Of a stretch of 64,000 nt of DNA, positions 28,553-40,400 are shown in pieces. The stretch comes from Bacteroidota bacterium. GTDB taxonomy: Bacteria; Bacteroidota; Bacteroidia; NS11-12g; UBA955. The stretch spans positions 17,334 through 81,333 of the forward strand of contig JAGXTF010000059.1 of assembly GCA_018333525.1 (NCBI GenBank), in the 5' to 3' direction. The notes beneath the pieces are model-generated. The model did not search any database. It saw only the letters and a program-made list of their open reading frames with translations, and was not told the origin of the DNA. A program made the position numbers and the translations under genes. Positions within the stretch are counted from its first letter, which is position 1. Each line of letters begins with the position of its first letter.

Positions 28553-30091
28553 ATGAAACATTTTAATTCCGGATTTATTCCAAAATTTATTTTGCTTTGC
28601 GTTTTTGCAGTATTCATTAAGGCAAACGGAAGCCATATGATGGGGGCAGATATGCAATATAAATGCCTTGGAAATGGCATGTATAAAATTACAGCAAAAC
28701 TCTATCGAGACTGCCGGGGAATTCCATTAAACGGCCCTACTTTTGGTGTGTTCGCTGGAAACAACGGCGGCAACTCCTGTGGCAATTATTCGCTCATTTT
28801 TAACCGAATTTCCATCAGAGACGTTACGCCAATCTGCGACTCACTTTCTGCCCCCTGTAATCCGCAGAACACCACCAGCAAAGAAGGTGTGGAAGAACAT
28901 ATTTATGAAGCCATCGTTAATTTTAAAACAACTCCACTTAGCAATTTCTGGAATAATTCTTCTTGTTGCAATGTTACCTTTTATGTAGGACAATGCTGCA
29001 GGAATGGAGCAATTACCACCGGACCTGCAGGCAATGATTTCTATACTACCTGTTTAATTAATTTGTGCAGTCTGGATTCCACCCAATGCAATTCGAGTCC
29101 TTCTTTAACCAATATTCCCATCATTTTTCATTGCTGCAACACTCCTTACCGCTATAATATTGGTGCATTGGATTCTGCAGAAAATGATTCCCTTTCATAC
29201 AAACTGGTGGGAGGAATTGGAAGTTTACCCAATGCTTCTGTAACCTATACCAATCCATTTAGCTTTGACCATCCGCTTTCCGTTTATTGTCCGGGTGGAG
29301 GAATTACCTGTACACCCAATCCGAATGCGACGATACCTGAAGGCTTTTTTCTGGATTCTGCAAATGGAGATATGGTATTTACCCCTGTAAAATGCGATGA
29401 AGTTGGAATTATTGTTGTTGAAATCACGGAGTGGCGAAATGTAAGCGGAACCTGGAAAATGCTCGGAAAAAACCGCCGAGATATTCAGGTTTTATTTAAA
29501 GATTGTGGAAATAATATGCCGCCACAAATAAGCGGTCAAAAAACACATAGGATGTGTGAAGGCGATTCTATTTGTTTTGATATTTTAGCCATTGACAGAA
29601 ATGATACCTCTTCTACCTCAGGAGATACTGTAACCCTGGATTGGAACAATGGAATTCCGGGTGCAAGTTTCACTATTAAGAACCCACAATCTAAGGATAA
29701 GGAAGCCAGATTTTGCTGGGTTGCACCAATTGGTTCATCCCGTGCCAATGCCTATACATTTACAGCCCATACCGTGGATAGAAATTGTCCGATTAAAAGT
29801 GAGTCTTATGTTGGCTTTAAAATTTATGTAGACCAATGTAATACCGGTACCAATAAATTATCGGGCAAGACAGCAATTCGGATTTATCCAATGCCTGTTA
29901 GTTCCGGTAATTTCATCCAACTGCAACCTGAATATTCAGGGAAATACGAAATTCTATCGATTTCAGGCCAGATTATTTATCACGGCAGGGCGGAAATAAC
30001 CAAAGGAATTTGGGTTCCATCGGAAGTAAAGTCCGGAATTTATTCCATTCAAATGGAATCAGGTCCCAGGTTCAAAATAGTTGTAGATTAG
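28553..30091 (+). CDS. short paralog 5 (512 aa) of the same family: N-terminal Cys-rich domain fused almost directly to a type-A-like T9SS CTD
   Basis: ATG at 28553 (MKHFNSG...). SHMMGADMQYKCLGNG..RDCRGIPLNG..GNNGGNSCG..CCNVTFYVGQCCR. C-terminus IYPMPVSSGNFIQL...KSGIYSIQM is type-A-like. The ORF-track start at 28460 overlaps the previous gene and is rejected. Confidence 0.65.
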   Translation: MKHFNSGFIPKFILLCVFAVFIKANGSHMMGADMQYKCLGNGMYKITAKLYRDCRGIPLNGPTFGVFAGNNGGNSCGNYSLIFNRISIRDVTPICDSLSAPCNPQNTTSKEGVEEHIYEAIVNFKTTPLSNFWNNSSCCNVTFYVGQCCRNGAITTGPAGNDFYTTCLINLCSLDSTQCNSSPSLTNIPIIFHCCNTPYRYNIGALDSAENDSLSYKLVGGIGSLPNASVTYTNPFSFDHPLSVYCPGGGITCTPNPNATIPEGFFLDSANGDMVFTPVKCDEVGIIVVEITEWRNVSGTWKMLGKNRRDIQVLFKDCGNNMPPQISGQKTHRMCEGDSICFDILAIDRNDTSSTSGDTVTLDWNNGIPGASFTIKNPQSKDKEARFCWVAPIGSSRANAYTFTAHTVDRNCPIKSESYVGFKIYVDQCNTGTNKLSGKTAIRIYPMPVSSGNFIQLQPEYSGKYEILSISGQIIYHGRAEITKGIWVPSEVKSGIYSIQMESGPRFKIVVD

Positions 30092-30213
30092 AACTACAGC
30101 AGGCATTACAATATTTTCTGAGATATGGGGTTATTACAGAATCCTGTAAAATCCACGTCCGGTTGAAAAACCGCGTTAGGGAAATCCACGGGTGAACCTA
30201 TTTTTGCGCCTGA

Positions 30214-31131
30214 TTGAGTATTGAAGTTACAAATCTCACCAAAAAATATGGCGATCAAGTCGCTGTAAACCATATTTCATTTCAAGCCGGGAAAGGCGAA
30301 ATTGTTGGTTTTTTGGGCCCCAACGGTGCAGGTAAAAGCACCACCATGAAAATACTTACCTGCTTTATTCCGCCAACGGAAGGAACCGCAAAAGTTTGTG
30401 GTTTTGATATAGGCGAAAAGAGCATAGAGGTGCGAAAACATGTGGGATATCTTCCGGAACATAACCCACTATATCTGGAAATGTATGTGAAGGAATACCT
30501 GCGTTTTGCTGCAGAATTGGGAAAAACAAAGAATCCGGCACAACGTGTAAAAGAAGTGATTGCATTGACAAGGCTTGAAAGTGAACAACACAAGAAAATC
30601 AGGCAATTGAGTAAAGGTTATCGCCAAAGGGTTGGCCTTGCACAAGCCATTATTCATGATCCAGAAGTATTGATTTTGGATGAACCAACCAGCGGACTGG
30701 ATCCGAATCAGGTAATTGAAATCCGCGACCTGATTAAAAACCTGGGAAAAGAAAAGACCATTATGATTTCCACCCATATTATGCAGGAAGTGGAAGCCAT
30801 TTGCGATCGCGTAATTATTATTGACAAAGGAAATATCGTAGCTGATGATACCCTTGAAAATTTGAGAAACAGCGCGGCCGGCAAGGTGATTATACGGATA
30901 CAGTTTGCAGAAAAAATGGATGCTGAAAAAATAAAATCCATTCCCAATTGTGACAAGGCAACCGAAACCGAAAATAATACCTGGTTATTGGAGTCTGCCG
31001 ATTCGGCTTTCAGACAGCAGGTTTCACAATTCGCGCTCAAAAACAATTACGAAGTTTTGGAATTGGTTTCAGAGAAAAATACACTGGAAGAAATTTTTAG
31101 AAAATTAACAGGAAATGTGGGTCATCTATAA
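30214..31131 (+). CDS. gldA: gliding motility-associated ABC transporter ATP-binding subunit GldA
   Basis: Walker A GPNGAGKST, signature LSKGYRQRVGLA, Walker B LILDEP. N-terminus MSIEVTNLTKKYGDQ matches GldA-type. Followed by gldF and gldG. TTG start. Confidence 0.8.
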   Translation: MSIEVTNLTKKYGDQVAVNHISFQAGKGEIVGFLGPNGAGKSTTMKILTCFIPPTEGTAKVCGFDIGEKSIEVRKHVGYLPEHNPLYLEMYVKEYLRFAAELGKTKNPAQRVKEVIALTRLESEQHKKIRQLSKGYRQRVGLAQAIIHDPEVLILDEPTSGLDPNQVIEIRDLIKNLGKEKTIMISTHIMQEVEAICDRVIIIDKGNIVADDTLENLRNSAAGKVIIRIQFAEKMDAEKIKSIPNCDKATETENNTWLLESADSAFRQQVSQFALKNNYEVLELVSEKNTLEEIFRKLTGNVGHL

Positions 31132-31843
31132 AAAAGAAATCAGAAGCTTTTTAAGCTCACTCACTGCATTTATTGTGATGGTGGTTTTTCTGATAATTAC
31201 CGGCTTGCTGATGTGGGTTTTCGGTGGAAATACTGTCTTCGATCTCGGCATATCCAGCATGGTGGTAATGTTTAATCTGGCACCATATGTATTTATTTTT
31301 CTGGTATCTGCAGTAACCATGCGCAGTTTCAGTGAAGAAAAAAGATTGGGAACATTGGAAACTTTGAGTACCCGACCCATTTCCGATCTGGGGGTAATAT
31401 TGGGCAAATATTTTGCAAATGTAACTTTGGTCATTTTTGCATTGTTGCCAACACTAATTTATTATTACTCGATAAGCGAACTCGGTGATCCAACCGGGAA
31501 TATAGATACCGGTGCGATGTGGGGTTCTTATTTCGGTTTAATTTTATTGGGCGCTGCGTATACTTCCATAGGAATGTTTGCATCTGCAATTACGGAAAAC
31601 CAAATAGTGGCATTAATTTTAAGCATGCTGATTTGCCTGGTTTCCTATGAAGTTTTGGGCATGGTTGGTGAAATAAAAGCATTGGAAGGAATAGGAAAAA
31701 GCATACACTGGTTCGGATTGGATTTTCATTATTACAGCCTGAGCCGTGGCGTATTGGATACCCGTGACCTTGTCTATTTCATCAGTTTCTCGGGGCTGTT
31801 TATCTGGATTACAAAATTGGTGTACGAAAGCAGAAAATGGTAA
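31115..31843 (+). CDS. gldF: gliding motility-associated ABC transporter permease GldF
   Basis: 242-aa ABC-2-type permease with 6 TM helices. Overlaps the gldA stop and precedes gldG. Confidence 0.75.
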   Translation: MWVIYKKEIRSFLSSLTAFIVMVVFLIITGLLMWVFGGNTVFDLGISSMVVMFNLAPYVFIFLVSAVTMRSFSEEKRLGTLETLSTRPISDLGVILGKYFANVTLVIFALLPTLIYYYSISELGDPTGNIDTGAMWGSYFGLILLGAAYTSIGMFASAITENQIVALILSMLICLVSYEVLGMVGEIKALEGIGKSIHWFGLDFHYYSLSRGVLDTRDLVYFISFSGLFIWITKLVYESRKW

Positions 31844-33612
31844 TGGGAAAAAGGAGAATTTACAAAACACAATCCTGGGTAGAGCTGGCAGTAATGCTGG
31901 TAATATTGGTGATTTTAAATACCCTCGCTGGTTTCTATTACAAACGCTTTGACCTCACAACAGAAAAGCGATTTACGCTTAGTGAAACCAGCAAAAAACT
32001 GGCATCCGCACTTTCGGAAAAATTATATTTTAAATTATATCTGAATGGAGAAATGAGTGGGAATTTCAAACAATTACGCTCAGAAATTCAGGATATGGCT
32101 TACGAATTTCGCGAAGCTTCAGGTGGTAAAATAGAAATTGAAGCACTGGATCCATTGAAAGGTAAAGAGGGTTCAGAAAGGGCAAAAATCCTGAATGAAT
32201 TTGTTCAAAAAGGCATTGAACCGAAAAGCGATATTGAAGATGAAAACGGCGATGAAACCAGAATTCGCGAATTGATTCCGGGTGCAGAATTCAACTATAA
32301 AAACAATACATTTTATGCCAATTTTTTTGAATATGATGCCGCGTTGAGTGTTGACGAGAATTTTCAACGAGCCATTGAAAACATTGAATATGAAATGGCA
32401 AATGCGCTGCGACAGTGCGTTACTGAAAAAACCAAAAGAATTATTGTAGCCGATGGAAATGGGGAAATGATTGATAACCGCGTACAATCTTTTGCCGCAG
32501 AATTACGGAAGTATTACAGTATAGAAGCTGTAAATTTAAATATTGCAGATACCAATGCAGGCAAGCCATTTCTTCAAAAAATGATGGCCAATCCGGACAG
32601 TGCGGAGCTGATATTGATGAACAGTTTGCAGCGGAGATTAAATCTGGCAGATCTGTTAATGATTGTGAAACCGTTGCACGATTATACTCCGGCAGAATTG
32701 TTTTTAATTGACCAGTTTCTGATGCAGGGTGGACGTGTTTTGTGGATGGTGGATCCTGTGCATATAGAGATAGACAGCTTTGAAAACAACGAATCTCAGG
32801 TAGCATTGGATTATGGACTGGAGAATATCAACAGCATGCTCAATACCTATGGCGTATTGTTTAACAATGATTTGCTTCTGGATGCCATGTGCAACCGGAT
32901 TCCCTATATGGAACAAGGCAGAATGCGCATGATTAACTGGTGGTATTTCCCTTTGTTTACCGATAAAAATGAGGCACATATTATTACCAAAAATGTAGGT
33001 GCGGTCTGGTCACAATTTCCATCTACATTAAAAATAAAACCGAGAAAAGAAATCAATACCATTCCACTTCTTACCAGTTCTGCGCGAAGTAAGGTTGTAA
33101 ATACACCTGCAACAGTGGAAATGACCAAGGTAATTATGCAGCAAACTCCCGAATATTTACAACAATATCTGGCTACTATGAATGCCGGGCCAAAAACAAC
33201 CGGGGTGCTGTTGGAAGGCAATTTTAATTCTGCTTTTGCCAATCAAAAACGCTTTACGGATATTCCATTTAAGAAATCGGGTAAAAGTAAAATGGTAGTT
33301 ATTGCAGACGGAGATTTAATACGCAATCAGGTGAGTTCCAGAGGAGGAAATTATCCAACTGGTTTTGACCGTTTTAACCGCATGACTTTTGCCAATAAAA
33401 AATTCATGCTGAATTGTATTGATTACATGATTGATGATAATGGCCTGATAGAGATACGAGGTAAGGAAATCGGGCTCCGCTTGCTGGATAAAACCAAAAT
33501 CAAAACGGAGAAATTATTCTGGCAGCAGGTCAATATTCTGGTGCCAATTGGTATTGTGCTCCTATTTGGCGCTACTAATTTCTGGATAAGAAAACGGAAA
33601 TACGCCAGGTAA
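31837..33612 (+). CDS. gldG: gliding motility-associated ABC transporter accessory/substrate-binding protein GldG
   Basis: 591 aa, with an N-terminal TM helix, a large external domain and a C-terminal TM helix (ILVPIGIVLLFGATNFWI). Overlaps the gldF stop. Canonical gldAFG order. Confidence 0.75.
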   Translation: MVMGKRRIYKTQSWVELAVMLVILVILNTLAGFYYKRFDLTTEKRFTLSETSKKLASALSEKLYFKLYLNGEMSGNFKQLRSEIQDMAYEFREASGGKIEIEALDPLKGKEGSERAKILNEFVQKGIEPKSDIEDENGDETRIRELIPGAEFNYKNNTFYANFFEYDAALSVDENFQRAIENIEYEMANALRQCVTEKTKRIIVADGNGEMIDNRVQSFAAELRKYYSIEAVNLNIADTNAGKPFLQKMMANPDSAELILMNSLQRRLNLADLLMIVKPLHDYTPAELFLIDQFLMQGGRVLWMVDPVHIEIDSFENNESQVALDYGLENINSMLNTYGVLFNNDLLLDAMCNRIPYMEQGRMRMINWWYFPLFTDKNEAHIITKNVGAVWSQFPSTLKIKPRKEINTIPLLTSSARSKVVNTPATVEMTKVIMQQTPEYLQQYLATMNAGPKTTGVLLEGNFNSAFANQKRFTDIPFKKSGKSKMVVIADGDLIRNQVSSRGGNYPTGFDRFNRMTFANKKFMLNCIDYMIDDNGLIEIRGKEIGLRLLDKTKIKTEKLFWQQVNILVPIGIVLLFGATNFWIRKRKYAR

Positions 33613-33818
33613 GCTGCGGTTTCCACAAGTGCATTCCGGTATTTTAATACCCAATCGAAATAATCCCAGTATTTTTTTAATATTATTCTGTGGAAAGCCA
33701 TATTTGATAATGGCTGATTTTATCGATTACAGTAAATGCTGTCTCCACTGACCAAATAATGACAATCCCGGTGAAATATTACATGTCATAACCCGTTATT
33801 GTATCTTCGCATGGTTAC

Positions 33819-34421
33819 ATGTACGATTTTATTCGCGGCAACATTGAAAGAATTAGCCCAACTCACGTTGTATTGGAGAACAACGGTGTAGGTTACCTCA
33901 TGAGCATCAGCATTTACACATACGAAAAGATCAAATCTGCCAAGCAGGCTATGCTCTTTACCGAACAGGTTTTCAAAATCGAAAACCAAAGTCCGGTGGC
34001 CACATTGCTGTTTGGATTTGCCGAACCAAACGAAAGAGAGATGTTCCAATGGCTTACTTCTGTAAGCGGGGTAGGCAATAACACAGCAATTCTGATGTTG
34101 AGCAGCCTGGATCCTGAAGCCTTGTCATCCGCAATTCTCAACGGCAATGTTGGGTTGTTGAAGAGTATCAAAGGTATTGGAGAAAAGACAGCCCAGAGGA
34201 TTGTATTGGAATTGCGGGACAGGCTTGGAGGAAAAGCGCGCAAAGGGGCAACGCTTTTGCCACAGGGAATGTCTGATTATACAGCTGAAGCACTGGCTGC
34301 ATTAACCACGCTCGGATACAACAGAGCTGCCGCAGAAAAGGCACTTAACAAGGTAACGGAGAATGGAAAATTACAGTTATCTGTTGAAGAACTGATAAAA
34401 AATTCACTTAAAATCCTTTAA
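33819..34421 (+). CDS. ruvA: Holliday junction branch migration protein RuvA
   Basis: MYDFIRGNIERISPTHVVLENNGVGY..., with HhH motifs (GIGEKTAQRIVLEL) and a C-terminal RuvB-interaction domain. Confidence 0.9.
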   Translation: MYDFIRGNIERISPTHVVLENNGVGYLMSISIYTYEKIKSAKQAMLFTEQVFKIENQSPVATLLFGFAEPNEREMFQWLTSVSGVGNNTAILMLSSLDPEALSSAILNGNVGLLKSIKGIGEKTAQRIVLELRDRLGGKARKGATLLPQGMSDYTAEALAALTTLGYNRAAAEKALNKVTENGKLQLSVEELIKNSLKIL

Positions 34422-34484
34422 TTGCAAGTTTCCCATAAATAAGTCCATCTGAGAAAATCTATACGCAACAACGGTTAATTAATA

Positions 34485-37400
34485 ATGCATTTTTTAAGAG
34501 CGAAATTTTTGAAAGAAAGAAAAATTTCCGCATCAGGATTTTTATTTTTTTGCGCACCGGTAATTGCGTTAATCCTCTTTCCTACAGACATATTTGGACA
34601 GTCTGATGAGGATAGTACCAAGCTGAAATATAATATTTCCCCAACCAAGAAATGGGAAAAGCCGAAACCCGCTACCAATATTGATCTGTCAAATCCACTC
34701 ATGAAAGAGTGGAAATACAATCCCAAAACCAACAGATACGAGGAATACCAGACATTCGGGGGTATCTCCTATCCCACCGGCAACAGCATGTCGGTTATGG
34801 ATTTTTATAAAAAATTAAATCGCGAAAACCAGGAAGGCTACCTGCGTGAAAAGACCCAAAACACCAGCTACAGCCTTAACAGCAAAGGAAAAGGCAGCAT
34901 TACCGAATATGTGAAAGGGGAGTTGAATAATCCCACTATATCCAAAATATTTGGTGAAGGTGGGGTGGATTTCCAACTCAGTGGATCTGCCATGATAAAG
35001 CTGGGAGGAAACTGGAATGTAAACCGCAATCCAAGCTTCTCCAAAAGACAACAGCGATATTTTGTACCGGTTTTTGACCAGCAACTTCAAATTAGTGCCA
35101 ATGGAAGCATCGGTCAATTTGTGAAACTCGGAATCAATTACGACACAGAGGCGGCTTTTGACTTTGACAATCAAACAAATTTGGGCTGGAAAGGCAAACC
35201 GGATGGCATTTTAAAAGATGTTCAGATTGGAAATGTAAGTCTGAATCTTCCAACCCAATTAATTAAACCGACCAACAACCTTTTCGGCATATCCAATACT
35301 CTGGTTTTTGGAAATACTACCATAAAATCCGTGTTCTCCCAAAATAAAGGGCAGAGCACAGAAACAGTATTAAAAGGTGGTGCTCAGTTGAATGAATTCC
35401 GCATTACTGCTGACAATTACGACCAAAATCGCCACTATTTTCTGGCCCAATATTTTAGAGATAATTACAACAAGTCACTGGAGAATATGCCAAATATCCC
35501 CAGTAATGTGATTGTGAATCGTGTAGAAGTATGGATTACAAACCGAAATGCGAATGTGGAAACCCCAAGGGATATACTGGCTTTTCAGGATCTAGGGGAA
35601 TCGTCACCTTATCGCACCCAATTGGGAGGCAACGCAGATCCGTTACCGGATACATCTTCCAATATCATATTTGAGAAGTTGCGGCAATTCCCCAAAACCA
35701 GAAATATTGGAACCGCAATAGATGAAGTATACAAAGCATTTCCATATTTTGAACAGTCCGTGGATTTTGATATGCTCAATTATGCCAGGCAGCTGAGCAA
35801 AACAGAGTTCACATTCAGCCCCCAACTCGGTTATATTTCGTTGAATCAGCCATTGAATAATGATGAGATTCTGGCCGTGGCTTATGAATATTCCTATAAT
35901 GGAAAAGTGTATCAGGTAGGTGAATTTTCAAGGGATATTCCCCCTGGAAATCAAAAACTTTTGTATCTTAAAATGTTGAAAGGCAACACCATCAGAACCA
36001 AACTGCCCATGTGGAATTTGATGATGAAAAACATTTATTCCCTAAACAGTTATAGCCTGTCTCTCGAAGATTTTAAACTGAATGTAATTTATGCCGATGA
36101 TACCAGTGGTGCGGATTACAACTATCTGCCGGTGAAAGATGTGGGCGCGTTTAAAAATGGGAATCCGTTGATTCGCGTATTGGGATTGGACAAGCTGAAC
36201 AGGCAGATGGAAGCGAAACCCGATGGAATTTTTGATGCCTTTGAAGGGATGACCGTACAAACCCAGTATGCCAGAATAATTTTTCCGGTTACAGAACCTT
36301 TTGGAGATTATTTGAGAAGTCAGTTTGACGGTAATACGGATTTGGCGGATTATTATGCTTTTGATGCCCTTTATGACAGCACGAAATGGCTTGCTGCTCA
36401 GGATGTAAAACACAACAAATACTTTCTGACAGGAAGCTATAAAAGCCCCAATGGGGCAGAAATATTTTTGGGAACGACCAACCTGCAAAAGGGCTCTGTA
36501 CGCGTGACTGCCAATGGTCGACCGCTTACAGAGGGTATGGATTATGAAGTGGACTATGCATTGGGCAGAGTCCGGATTCTGAATCAGGGACTCTTACAGG
36601 GAGGTGCGGAAATACGCGCCAGTGCTGACGGTCAGTCTTTTTTTAACATTCAACAGAAAACATTGATTGGCGGAAGGGTGGATCACAAATTCAACAACAA
36701 ATTGTTGGTAGGTGCCACCATGCTCCACATGTATGAAAGACCACTTACTTCCAAAACGAACTTCAATGAGGAACCACTTCTGAATACCATTTTTGGTGCG
36801 GATTTGGCTTATAGCAGCAAAAGCCGATTTATTACCAGAATGGTGGATAAACTGCCATTTCTTGAAACAAAGGAAGTATCCAATATTACGGCATATGCAG
36901 AATTTGCCAAGATTATTCCGCACAATCACAAATCCCAGGGCGGGCAACGCGGGGTTTCGAATCTCGATGATTTTGAAAATGCTGAATTGCCCAATGATTT
37001 TAAAATGGTTTCGAACTGGGTTTTGGCCAGCGTACCTCTAAAACAACCGGATTTATTCCCGGAAGTGGGCAATGAAGACAAGCGAACCTGGCTGAATCGC
37101 GAAGCCAAATTATCTTTTTATACGATTGACCCCCTATTCTTCCGGGACAATGATATGCCTTCCAATATCAAAGGCAGAGTGGATGAAATTCTGAGCAATC
37201 ATTATATGCGTCAGATTGACCAGCGAGAAGTATTTCCGCAGCGCCAGTTTCCCAATGGAACACCTACCATTTTACCAACTTTGGATATCGTATTCCACCC
37301 CGAACGAAAAGGACAATACAATTTAAATTCCAATGTTGGTGAAGTAGATGCAAATGGGAATCTGACTGAACTCACCAAGAGCTGGGGTGGTATGATGCGG

Positions 37401-40400
37401 CGTGTGGATCAGAATGATTTCGAAGCTGCCAATATCGATTATATTGAAATATGGATGATGGATCCGCTTATCGACAATCCGAATCTGAAAGGTGATTTTT
37501 ATATCAATTTAGGAAGTATAAGCGAAGATGTGTTGCCCGATAGAAGGAAGTCATTTGAAAATGGATTGCCAACAGATGGTTCTACCGACAAAACAGACAC
37601 TACTGCATCAGCTATTGTACCATCAGTTCCTCAAATCAATTACGCATTTAATAACGATCCGGCATCTGTAAAAACCCAGGATGTGGGATTGGATGGGATG
37701 AATGACGACCAGGAAAGACTCATTCTGGACTCGTTTTATTTGCAAAGAATTGCTTCCAATTTTGGCACAGGTTCCAGTTTTTATGTGAATGCGCAAAACG
37801 ATCCATCAGGAGATAATTTTGCCCATTATCTGGAAGATAGTTTTGTAGGTCTGGATTACGATGTTATACAACGTTATCAATATTTTCAGGGACCTCAGGG
37901 AAATTCCAGCCCCGATAAATTCAACACCGCTCCATATACGGGAATGCCGAAATCCTCCACTACCCAACCCAATGATGAGGATGTAAACCGGGATTTCACC
38001 ATGAACCAAAGTGAGGATTACTACCAGTATAGAATAAAAATCAGCGCAGCAGATTTGCAAATCGGAAAAAATTATGTGGCAGATATTGTTCATAATTCTG
38101 TTACGCTTCGCAATGGTAAAAATTCTGAAATTAAATGGTACCAATTAAAAATTCCTATTCGCCAATATGAAAAAGCTGTAGGAAATATCAGTGATTTTAA
38201 GAGCATTCGTTTTATGCGGATGTTCATGACTAATTTCAATGGTACAGCGGTTATGCGTGTTGGATATATCAACATGGTTCGTGCAGATTGGCGGAGATAT
38301 ACCAATTCATTAAAAAATCCGGGAATTATTGTTCCATCTGATCCTAATGATGGGACTAAATTTATTGTAAGTACAGTGAACCTGGAAGAAAACAGCCTTC
38401 GCGCTCCTATTGCTTATGTAACGCCTCCCGGTGTTGTTCGTGTGCAAAATATGGCGAGCTTGGGCACCGTGCTGGAAAACGAGCAATCACTGTCCTTAAA
38501 AGTTTGTGATTTAAAAGCAGGCGATAGCCGTGCTGCATTTAAAACCACTCAAATGGATGCAAGAAACTATAAAAATCTGCAAATGTTTGTGCACGCAGAA
38601 GCATCCAACAATACCAATATTAATGATGGTGAAATTGCTGCATTTGTGCGTTTTGGAACTGACTTAACTTCCAATTATTATGAATATGAAATTCCGCTGA
38701 AACTCACCAGGGGATTTATAAATAAAAACACACCGGGAGCTGATCATGAAATTTGGCCTGATGAGAATTTTATTGATATCGCATTTGAAGCATTCTACAA
38801 CCTGAAAATGGATAGAATGAATGCGAACTGGCCAATGACCGCTCCATATAAAAAGCCAGGTGGCAGAGGTACTGTTTCAGTTATGGGGTTACCCGATGTT
38901 GGAAATATTCGGGTGATGATGGTGGGAATTAAAAACAACAGTTCTGCAAACCAGTGTTTTGAAGTATGGTTTAATGAATTGCGCGTAAAAGATATTGCGA
39001 ATAAAGGTGGCTGGGCCGCATTGGGAAATGTTCAGGCACAGCTCGCAGATTTTGGACAATTAAATTTGGCTGGAAGCATCAGAACCATTGGATTTGGAGA
39101 TGTAGATAAGAAGCTGAACCAGCGCAGTTTAAGCACCAACATGAATTATGATATCGCCAGTAACCTGGAACTGGGTAAATTTTTCCCCCAGAAAAAAGGT
39201 GTTTCTGTACCCATGTATATTGGTTATTCTGAAAGTTATGTAAGGCCAAAATTTTATCCCCTGAATCCCGATTTGGAATTGCAAACCTTTTTAGCTTCCA
39301 TTGCTGACCCGGATAAAAAGAAAGAAATACGAAAGGCTGCAGAAGACTATAATTCGCTTTACAGCCTCAACTTTTCAAATGTTCGAATAGCCGCTGCACC
39401 GGGCAGAAAATCTCTGCCATGGAGATTGAGCAATTTCAATGCATCTTATAATTATCAGAAAAATTATAAGCGCAACCAGCAAATCGAAGAATTTTTCAGC
39501 AAGACAACCGTACTGCAATTGGGATATAATTACGCCATTCCCACGAAATCTATTATGCCATTTAAAAAGTTGAAACCCAAATGGCTGAATCCGGTGCGGG
39601 AATTCAATTTCAATTTACTTCCGTCCAATATTAGTACCAATTGGAAAGTTTCCAGATATTACAGCGAAACACAATCGAGAAATAATAATTCTTTCAGACA
39701 AGTAAATCCGAGATTGTATGATAAGAATTTCTTTATGGACAGGATTTATAATTTCACCCTGCCATTAACAAGTTCAATCAACATTTCATACAATGCCACT
39801 GCAACTTCGCGCATACAGGAGCCATATGGTGCATTAAATTCAGAAGCCAAGAAAGACTCCGTAAAAACTGAATTGTTCTCACTGGGAAGACCCAAATCCT
39901 TTAATCAGACATTTACTGCAAGCTATCAATTGCCATTTGCCAAGTTTGCACGATTGAGCTGGATTACTACCAATATCACGTATACAGGAAGTTATCAATG
40001 GATGCAAGCTCCACCAGCTTTGGCATTTCTCGGCAATACCATTCAGAATGGCAGGGATATAAACCTGAGTACCACATTCAATTTTCAACAATTGTATATG
40101 AAAATTCCGTGGTTGAGAAATTTGGAAAAGCCTATTCCCACAAGGAATCCATTAAAACCATCGCCCAAGAAACCGGAACCTAAAAAAGAGGGAGATGAAG
40201 ATGAAAAACCAGCGCCAAAACCTAAAAATAGCCCTGCTAAAATTTTTGCCGGTAATTTTATCATGATGTTTAAGAATGCCAGCCTGAATTATTCTAAAAA
40301 AGAAGGAACAGAATTGCCGGGATTTATTTACAGACCGGATTATTTTGGTTATAATTTCCTTCACAAGGAACCTGGCATTCCATTTATTTTGGGTTGGCAG

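Noticed and set aside
30282-31046. Cluster of minus-strand ORFs (61-112 aa) antisense to gldA.
   Set aside because: They lie inside a canonical ABC ATPase gene and have no independent support.
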